From: Gammaproteobacteria bacterium
Lineage (GTDB): Bacteria > Pseudomonadota > Gammaproteobacteria > CBDBNL01 > JAAOII01
Assembly (NCBI GenBank): GCA_965209035.1
Contig: OZ242372.1
Span: 96,001 to 160,000 of the forward strand
Direction of reading: 5' to 3'
DNA length: 64,000 nucleotides
This document shows, piece after piece, positions 57,145 through 64,000 of this stretch. Numbering within the stretch: the first letter of the stretch is position 1; each line of letters begins with the position of its first letter. The notes under the pieces are model-generated. The model saw only the letters and a program-made list of their open reading frames with translations, did no database searches and was not told the DNA's origin. The translations under genes and the position numbers were made by a program.

Positions 57145-58335
57145 GTGAAAATAAGTGAGGCATTCGGAAGTGAGCAATCAACGAGAAAACGAAAAAAAAT
57201 TTGTTTGTTTTCTATAATGTACTTACAGATGAATTTGTTTAATGCAAAAATAAAAAAATACGGTACTCGCCTGCTGGTCGGATTTCTGTTGGTCGCGGCG
57301 ACGGAGAGCGTTATCGCAAATCCGCGCGTGACCGCTGTTTTTCCTTTGGGGGATCAATCCTCTGTTCGCGAAGGTAGCCCCGTTGGCATATCCGTTGTTT
57401 TTTCCGAACCGGTATACGGATTCACCTCTCAAGACATTGTTACAAATGGCGGAATTCTTGCAATAGAAGGAAGCAATGCTTACTACAAGGTTTTAATCGT
57501 GCCAAACACCTGGCCCATCATACTGGATATTCTCACGGACTCCGTTTTTAATTTTCGCGGTCAGGGAAACGATCCTTTCCCGCAGCCTGTCGTCGTGAGT
57601 CAATCCGGCCAAGTATTGGCTTTCACCGGCAGTGCGGTAACAACCAAGAAACAACCGCCGAGCCAGCCGGAACCTCAACAAACACGCCGCGAAGTTTACA
57701 CCGGCAGCACCGAATTTGTGATGGACCTGGGCGCATACGGCCAAGGCCCCGCTTTCTTTCACTTAAATGATCAAACAGACGATGCCAAATCCCGCTCAAC
57801 GGCGGAAATTACTCTCGGGCTTGAGGTTCGGCGCGGCTACAAAGGATGGCGACCCGGACTGGGCTACAAGCTTATGGCCGGCTACCAACAAACCCTTTAT
57901 ACGGATACTAGCACATACACCGCTGTCCCGTTGCTGGGGAGCCTTAATTTTTACTTTAACAACTATGTCAGTCTGGGGGTTGGTATGACCGCGCATGTTG
58001 CGGGACAATATACTCACAAAGGTATTTTGGAACTCGACCCGCCGCTGCCGCCGGGAGAAGGTCGTGCGTTTACACCGGGACGCACTTTTAATGTGGCACC
58101 GGGTGCCAACGGCCTGGATGCGAATCTGCCCGGCGTATTTGTCGATCTGACTTTGCTTTACAAGCATGTCGGTTTGGTTTTACGTTATCTGAACTTATCT
58201 TTGCACTCGTTTGAAAACCCATTGGCTAGGGAAGATTTTGAGGGGAACCTTCGTAACGCTCCATCACCATCATACGGATATTCAACCAATAACGGAATAG
58301 ACACTTTTGGAGTGTTCATTCAATTCAGGGGGTAA
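57145..58335 (+). CDS. Secreted/outer-membrane protein with Ig-like domain and probable C-terminal beta-barrel (start uncertain)
   Basis: Signal-like segment; VVFSEPVYGFTSQDI Ig-like motif; Pro/Gln linker; alternating beta strands ending GVFIQFRG. Confidence 0.55.
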   Translation: MKISEAFGSEQSTRKRKKICLFSIMYLQMNLFNAKIKKYGTRLLVGFLLVAATESVIANPRVTAVFPLGDQSSVREGSPVGISVVFSEPVYGFTSQDIVTNGGILAIEGSNAYYKVLIVPNTWPIILDILTDSVFNFRGQGNDPFPQPVVVSQSGQVLAFTGSAVTTKKQPPSQPEPQQTRREVYTGSTEFVMDLGAYGQGPAFFHLNDQTDDAKSRSTAEITLGLEVRRGYKGWRPGLGYKLMAGYQQTLYTDTSTYTAVPLLGSLNFYFNNYVSLGVGMTAHVAGQYTHKGILELDPPLPPGEGRAFTPGRTFNVAPGANGLDANLPGVFVDLTLLYKHVGLVLRYLNLSLHSFENPLAREDFEGNLRNAPSPSYGYSTNNGIDTFGVFIQFRG

Positions 58336-59238
58336 ATGCGGCACTTCTTGGATCTGCCGGATCTGCCGGCAACCGTTCATCACCAACTCTTAAAAGAAGG
58401 AATAGAACTCAAGCAACAATTAAAAGAAACCGGTAGCAGCCCGCAGATTTTAAGAGACAAGGTTCTGACTCTTTTGTTTCAAAAGCCGTCAACAAGAACG
58501 CGCGTTTCTTTTGAAACCGGTATTCGACAAATGGGCGGGCATGCTCTGTTTATCAGCGCAGCCGACAGCCAGTTGTCACGCGACGAACAGCCATCTCACA
58601 CAGCGCGCGTTCTCTCTTCAATGACCCAAGGACTCATTCTGCGCACAAAAGAGCATGCTATGCTAACGGACATGGCACGCAATGCCAAGGTTCCGGTGAT
58701 CAATGCCTTGTCTTCCCGGTCTCATCCGTGCCAACTGCTTGCCGATATGATGACCTTTTATGAAAGACGCGGAGCCCTATCCGGTAAGAAAGTAGTCTGG
58801 TGCGGCGACGGCAACAATGTATGCCATTCGTATATTGAAGCGGCCAATATTTTTAATTTTCAATTACATCTGTGCGTTCCGCAACAATACATGCCCGCCG
58901 GTGACTATTCAAAAGATTACGGCCCGAATGTGACTGTCTGTGAAGATCCTCAAATTGCTTTACGGGATGCGGATCTCATCTCTACCGATGTTTGGATCTC
59001 CATGGGAGATGCGAATGCGGAGGATAAAAAGAAAGTTCTCTCGCCTTACAAAATCACTTCCAAATCCTTGGATTTGGCAAAAGACGAGGTTCTGTTTATG
59101 CACTGCTTGCCCGCACGCGAAGGCGAAGAGATTGAACCGGGTCTTTTGGATGATCCGCGCTCGGCGGTATGGGAGCAAGCCGAAAACAGACTGCACAGCC
59201 AAAAAGCCCTTCTCTCTCATCTGTTTGGTGTGAAATAA
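58336..59238 (+). CDS. argF: Ornithine carbamoyltransferase
   Basis: STRTR, HPCQ, GDGNN, DVWISMG, HCLP. Confidence 0.94.
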   Translation: MRHFLDLPDLPATVHHQLLKEGIELKQQLKETGSSPQILRDKVLTLLFQKPSTRTRVSFETGIRQMGGHALFISAADSQLSRDEQPSHTARVLSSMTQGLILRTKEHAMLTDMARNAKVPVINALSSRSHPCQLLADMMTFYERRGALSGKKVVWCGDGNNVCHSYIEAANIFNFQLHLCVPQQYMPAGDYSKDYGPNVTVCEDPQIALRDADLISTDVWISMGDANAEDKKKVLSPYKITSKSLDLAKDEVLFMHCLPAREGEEIEPGLLDDPRSAVWEQAENRLHSQKALLSHLFGVK

Positions 59239-59324
59239 CCGGCGGCTTGTCCGCACTTGTCTTCGGACAATCACAATCCCACCATCTAACTAATACCCCA
59301 ACACCCCGGCGGGTTAAACTCCGT

Positions 59325-60131
59325 TCAGTCTTTTTTGGTGTTTCTTTTCGTCGGATTGGGTGACAGTTCGCCAACTCTCTTTTTAAATTTCTGATTAAAT
59401 TTCTTAGTAAAATTTTTGGAGTTCCCGGAACTCGTAATGCCAGCCACGAGAATACCCGCCTCATACAACGCATACAAAGGAAGTGCCAACATCAGTTGCG
59501 AGAAGATGTCCGGCGGGGTCAATAGCATCCCGAAGACAAAGCACAGGACAACAACATACCTGCGATAACCGCGCAAAGTCTGCAACGATACCAGACCAAC
59601 CCGCACCGCCAAGAAAACGACAATCGGCAACTCAAATGCCAAACCAAACACCAAAATCATACGCAGGACAAAAGTCAGATAACGATTGATGTCCGTCATG
59701 ATCAGAATACCTTCCGGACCCATTCTTTGGAAGAATGCCAATGCCAAAGGCAATACGCCGTAATAAACAAATAGTCCGCCCAAAAAGAATAAGAAGACCG
59801 TCACCACAAAGAGCGGCAACACAAAAAAACGCTCGGCACGGTAAAGGCCGGGCATAACAAACATCCAAACCTGATACAAAAAGACGGGAGCGGAAAGACA
59901 GACCGACACCCAGAGTGCCAGCCGCAAGGGAGCAATAAACGGCGAAGCAACATCCACAGCCACCAGATGCCCGTCGGCAGGCAAACTCTGCAATAGTGGC
60001 ACCGCCAACAAAGCATAGAGTTCTCGTGCATATATAACAGCAACAACAAATATTAAGACCCATACCAGAAGTGCGCGCAAGCATCTGGAGCGCAACTCGG
60101 TAAGATGTTTTATGAGCGGAACGGTTGACAA
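59325..60131 (-). CDS. tatC: Twin-arginine translocase TatC
   Basis: HLTELR, PGLY..E, FELP, LTPPD. Confidence 0.95.
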   Translation of the reverse strand: MSTVPLIKHLTELRSRCLRALLVWVLIFVVAVIYARELYALLAVPLLQSLPADGHLVAVDVASPFIAPLRLALWVSVCLSAPVFLYQVWMFVMPGLYRAERFFVLPLFVVTVFLFFLGGLFVYYGVLPLALAFFQRMGPEGILIMTDINRYLTFVLRMILVFGLAFELPIVVFLAVRVGLVSLQTLRGYRRYVVVLCFVFGMLLTPPDIFSQLMLALPLYALYEAGILVAGITSSGNSKNFTKKFNQKFKKRVGELSPNPTKRNTKKD

Positions 60132-60175
60132 GAGAGAACGGGTTTTTCGTAAGTGTTAGGCAATATTAGGCGGGG

Positions 60176-60442
60176 TTAGGCACCCGGCGTCTTCTTTTTG
60201 TTTGTCGCCACATTCTTTTTGCCGGTTTGCTTTGATTTTGGCTTTGTTTGGCCCGAATTGAGCATCTCATCCAGACGCACCTGGCGATCTATCTCATCGG
60301 TTACCCGCGTGTAAAGAATACGGATTTTGCGTAAAATGAGACCGGTTTGGCGAATCAAAACAAATAATTGGCGCGGCCCCAACACCAACAAAGCAACCGC
60401 CAGGATTACCAGGATCTCAAAAAATCCTGTCGTCCCCAACAC
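60176..60442 (-). CDS. tatB: TatB
   Basis: E..VIL..ALLVLGP; between tatA and tatC. Confidence 0.85.
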   Translation of the reverse strand: MLGTTGFFEILVILAVALLVLGPRQLFVLIRQTGLILRKIRILYTRVTDEIDRQVRLDEMLNSGQTKPKSKQTGKKNVATNKKKTPGA

Positions 60443-60703
60443 CTATTTTTTTGCGGAGGTTTTCTTAACCTTGGATTTAAAGGAGCCCGCGGAATGCGGA
60501 GATTTGTTCCGCTTGTTCTTTTTCCGTTGATGTCCCTCGCGCGGCTCCTCATGTTCATCCTCGCCCTCTCCTTCCATAGAATGACGAAACCCTTTAATGG
60601 CCTTGCCCAGATCTCTGCCGAGTGCCGGTAATCTCCCGGCACCAAACAGAATGCCGATGACCAACAAAATGAGTACGATTTGCCAGATACTGATACCGCC
60701 CAT
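60443..60703 (-). CDS. tatA: TatA
   Basis: MGGISIWQ, LFG..RL, GKAIKGF. Confidence 0.92.
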   Translation of the reverse strand: MGGISIWQIVLILLVIGILFGAGRLPALGRDLGKAIKGFRHSMEGEGEDEHEEPREGHQRKKNKRNKSPHSAGSFKSKVKKTSAKK

Positions 60704-60741
60704 AAATTAATTATAACCGATTTAAGGTATGTATATGTATT

Positions 60742-61329
60742 CTAATGAACATCGCGGCGGGCATGATTTTTATCTCTTTTCGTCCGTTGCCCGGACGAGG
60801 TACGGCTTTCCAACTCACTTTCAATATCCGCATATTCCACACCGTGTGAGCCGCATATTGCCAAAATAAAAAGAAACAATGTGCCGTAGTTATCGGAAAC
60901 TTTTTTATATTGCTTCAAACTTCCGTCATACTTGACGGACTGCGAAATCGCGTCTCCCAGGTTATGACCCAGAGCCCGATAAAAGAAACCCGAATCGTCC
61001 TTGTCCGTTTTTTTCAAGCGTTCAACACTTTGATTAACACTTTTACTGTCAAACATTAAAATGTGCTCAAGAGACAGGTTCATAAACACCGTCAAAACTA
61101 ACAGATGAAACAGCGCATCGGCCGCCTCGCAGATGACCTGCTCCTTGTTGCCCGAAGCAGCTGCAACCATAAACTCCGTGATTTCTTCTCCCAACTTATC
61201 CAGGATTTTGTTGAGACCCGCATCAAATAACCTTGCCGTATAAGAGTTTTTCGGCAGGGTCTGTTTGCGATTCTTAAGCAACCCTTCCAAATCGGTCAGT
61301 AACGCAAAGTTGTATTCTTTATCTTTCAT
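60742..61329 (-). CDS. hisE: Phosphoribosyl-ATP diphosphatase with C-terminal extension
   Basis: SYTARL, KLGEE..E, EAADALFH; 195 aa, longer than a typical stand-alone HisE. Confidence 0.85.
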   Translation of the reverse strand: MKDKEYNFALLTDLEGLLKNRKQTLPKNSYTARLFDAGLNKILDKLGEEITEFMVAAASGNKEQVICEAADALFHLLVLTVFMNLSLEHILMFDSKSVNQSVERLKKTDKDDSGFFYRALGHNLGDAISQSVKYDGSLKQYKKVSDNYGTLFLFILAICGSHGVEYADIESELESRTSSGQRTKRDKNHARRDVH

Positions 61330-61340
61330 ATCCTTTCATA

Positions 61341-61715
61341 TCACACCCCCTGCCCGGCACATTTGCGAAAAAAGCATGTCGGTCTGCCGGTATGGCAAGC
61401 ACCGCTTCCCCGCTGCTCCACCGACAACAACAAGGCATCGCCGTCGCAGTCCAGCCGCAATTCGCACAGTCTTTGAACAGCACCCGATGTCTCGCCCTTA
61501 TACCAAAGAGTGCGGCGCGAACGCGACCAAAAAACCGTCCGCCTCTCTTCCAAACTTTTTTCAAGAGAATTGCGATTCATCCAGGCAAGCATCAGAACCC
61601 GTTGTGTTTTATGGCACTGAACAATTGCCGGCACCAAACCCGCCGAGTCCCACACAACAGCATCAAGGAATTTTGTTTGAGACAAAGTCTCCGTTTCTTC
61701 ATTACGATTTTCCAT
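61341..61715 (-). CDS. hisI: Phosphoribosyl-AMP cyclohydrolase
   Basis: [31 protein letters not shown]. Confidence 0.95.
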   Translation of the reverse strand: MENRNEETETLSQTKFLDAVVWDSAGLVPAIVQCHKTQRVLMLAWMNRNSLEKSLEERRTVFWSRSRRTLWYKGETSGAVQRLCELRLDCDGDALLLSVEQRGSGACHTGRPTCFFRKCAGQGV

Positions 61716-61758
61716 TTCAAAGTTATTATACAGTTTTTTTGCGGTTGCATAATCTCAT

Positions 61759-61882
61759 TGTATGGTCCCACCCATTTCCAGACTTTTGTTGTTTTTGCAA
61801 AAATTGGATCGGCGAGAGTTGTTTGAGAGCATAATAGAGGCGTTCGCGATGATACCAAGCCAACCACTCGATGAGTTTGGCG
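61759..61882 (-). mobile_element. IS481-family right-end remnant
   Basis: TGTATGGTCCCACCCATTTCCAGACTTTT...GAGTTTGGCG is homologous to the IS481 3' end. Confidence 0.85.
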
Positions 61883-61914
61883 AAGACCGCTCAATGAGTC
61901 TAGCCCCTTAATTG

Positions 61915-62712
61915 TTACTTACGTTTGGGTTTGGGTTCGTATTTGTCTATATCATTAATATCCCAATGATTCTCCTTGAAAAACTGATTACGCAGATACA
62001 GACCGGCCAACAGATGCACCGACTGCACAGTGCCCACCGCTTTGATTATTCCCTTCGTCTCTTCGGTTGCCGATATATTCCTTTCAACAAAAGCGTAGAT
62101 CACTTCCGCAACTTGATAAAGATCGCCTTGCTCTTCTTGTTCCGAGTTAAGTTTTTTTAGATCCTTATTCCATTCTTCCCGATGCTCGTCCACATATTCC
62201 ATCAGCCCGCTACTTTCCAGTATCGCTTCACCGATGTCGGTCATATTGAGAGGAGATGCTTTTTGAGAATATAAAGCGCGTTCTTCTTCAACCGAATCTC
62301 TCTTTGCCATGTTTCCCAAAACAGTAAGAATTTTTACGGTATCACGATGCATATCTTCTCTTAACTCTCTTTTATCTTCTCTTAACTCTCTTTTAACTTC
62401 TTTTATTTCTGTTTTAACTTCCTTTATTTCTGTTTTGACTTCTTTGATTTCTGTTTGGACTTCTTGTTGACTCACTTCCAACCGCTTGATACCCTTATAT
62501 ATTGAAATGAACGCATATTCGCCAATGAAACCAATCACAAGTGATAACAAAAATATCAAAAGTATCACAAACCAATTGTTTGCCGAAACTTGCCCGTATG
62601 TAATCGCCGTGTCGTAAACAGTCATCGTGGATAAAACGGAAAATACAATAAGCCCCAAGGCCGCCGTGAATTTCGCACGACCGCTTAATTTAAGATCTGT
62701 GCGTTTATTCAT
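61915..62712 (-). CDS. Two-TM plus heptad-repeat coiled-coil hypothetical protein, tandem copy 1
   Basis: Two hydrophobic helices, (EIKEVKT)n, conserved C-terminal domain, basic tail; ATG 62712 follows GAGGAGGAG. Confidence 0.8.
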   Translation of the reverse strand: MNKRTDLKLSGRAKFTAALGLIVFSVLSTMTVYDTAITYGQVSANNWFVILLIFLLSLVIGFIGEYAFISIYKGIKRLEVSQQEVQTEIKEVKTEIKEVKTEIKEVKRELREDKRELREDMHRDTVKILTVLGNMAKRDSVEEERALYSQKASPLNMTDIGEAILESSGLMEYVDEHREEWNKDLKKLNSEQEEQGDLYQVAEVIYAFVERNISATEETKGIIKAVGTVQSVHLLAGLYLRNQFFKENHWDINDIDKYEPKPKRK

Positions 62713-62910
62713 CGGCAATCACTCCTCCTCAAATTCATAAAATAGTGTCCTCTATCCTCCCGCATTTGTTATGATGTTCCCCTTTTTAATGAACTGCCTT
62801 GCCATAACAATATTTACCGCAAAATCTTTTAGAAATTTTATCATTATATAATTCCAAACTCAGCGTCCGGAACCTTTCTGAGATTATGCATCTTATTTTC
62901 TTTTCTTTCT

Positions 62911-63759
62911 TTAATGTTGATTGCGTTTGGATTTGCGTTCAGGTTTGGGTTCGTATTTGTCTATATCATTAATATCCCAATGATTCTCCTTGAAAAACTG
63001 ATTACGCAGGTACAGACCGGCCAACAGATGCACCGACGGCACAGTGCCCACCGCTTTGATTATTCCCTTCGTCTCTTCGGTTGCCGATATATTCCTTTCA
63101 ACAAAAGCGTAGATCACTTCCGCAACTTGATAAAGATCGCCTTGCTCTTCTTGTTCCGGGTTGAGTTTTTTTAGATCCTTATTCCATTCTTCCCGATGCT
63201 CGTCCACATATTCCATCAGCCCGCTACTTTCCAGTATCGCTTCACCGATGTCGGTCATATTGAGAGGAGATGCTTTTTGAGAATATAAAGCGCGTTCTTC
63301 TTCAACCGAATCTCTCTTTGCCATGTTTCCCAAAACAGTAAGAATTTTTACGGTATCACGATGCATATCTTCTCTTAAATCTGTTTTAACTTCTTTTATC
63401 TCCCCTCTTAACTCTGTTTTAACTTCTTTTATTTCTGTTCTAACTTGTTTCATTTCTGTTTGGACTTCTTTTATTTTTGTTTGGACTTCTTTTATTTCTG
63501 CTTGGACTTCTTGTTGGCTCACTTCCAACCGCTTGATACCCTTATATATTGAAATGAACGCATATTCGCCAATTAAACCAATCACAAGTGATAACAAAAA
63601 TATCAAAAGTATCACAAACCAATTGTTTGCCGAAACTTGCCCGTATGTAATCGCCGTGTCGTAAACAGTCATCGTGGATAAAACGGAAAATACAATAAGC
63701 CCCAAGGCCGCCGTGAATTTCGCACGACCGCTTAATTTGAGATCTGTGCGTTTATTCAT
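62911..63759 (-). CDS. Two-TM plus heptad-repeat coiled-coil hypothetical protein, tandem copy 2
   Basis: Near-identical to copy 1 except for the repeat tract and tail. Confidence 0.8.
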   Translation of the reverse strand: MNKRTDLKLSGRAKFTAALGLIVFSVLSTMTVYDTAITYGQVSANNWFVILLIFLLSLVIGLIGEYAFISIYKGIKRLEVSQQEVQAEIKEVQTKIKEVQTEMKQVRTEIKEVKTELRGEIKEVKTDLREDMHRDTVKILTVLGNMAKRDSVEEERALYSQKASPLNMTDIGEAILESSGLMEYVDEHREEWNKDLKKLNPEQEEQGDLYQVAEVIYAFVERNISATEETKGIIKAVGTVPSVHLLAGLYLRNQFFKENHWDINDIDKYEPKPERKSKRNQH

Positions 63760-63958
63760 CGGCAATCACTCCTCCTCAAATTCATAAAATAGTGTCCTCT
63801 ATCCTCCCGCATTTGTTATGATGTTCCCCTTTTTAATAAACTGCCTTGCCATAACAATATTTGACCACAAAATCTTTTAGAAATTTTATCATTATATCAT
63901 TCCAAACTCAGCGTCCGGAACCTTTCTGAGATTATGCATCTTATTTTCTTTTCTTTCT

Positions 63959-64000
63959 TTAATGTTGATTGCGTTTGGATTTGCGTTCAGGTTTGGGTTC
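63959..64000 (-). CDS. 3' end of a third tandem copy (truncated by the window edge)
   Basis: Sequence matches 62911-62952 (1048-bp period). Confidence 0.75.
   Translation of the reverse strand, partial: EPKPERKSKRNQH

Overview
Bacterial chromosomal window, probably from a Gammaproteobacterium (inferred from the phoH-ybeY-corC-lnt, hisIE-tatABC and algC-argB gene orders). A host-associated or symbiotic lifestyle is plausible but is only inference. In order, it contains: an edge-truncated O-fucosyltransferase-like ORF; a sugar cluster (ABC-binding protein, GH1, xylA); two tandem FN3/GLUG-type surface lipoprotein paralogs with G11 tracts; an 8-gene cytosine/reductive pyrimidine catabolic operon; nadC, algC, argB and msrB; a stand-alone reduced VirB-type T4SS operon (B2-B3-B4-B5-B6-B8-B9-B10 plus a beta-barrel, with no VirB11, VirD4 or relaxase in the window) downstream of radC; a 5-copy ~330-bp tandem array at the recN/radC junction; and a long housekeeping block. 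Mobile DNA includes two apparently identical IS1634-family elements with 169-bp and 190-bp target duplications, one IS481-family element and several IS481 right-end remnants. An expanding family of two-TM, variable-coiled-coil, basic-tailed proteins has one copy next to the T4SS and at least three in tandem at the right edge. The best candidates for an undescribed system are the reduced T4SS with this protein family, and the long-duplication IS1634 with a shared TATAA junction. No rRNA, tRNA or CRISPR array was recognised.
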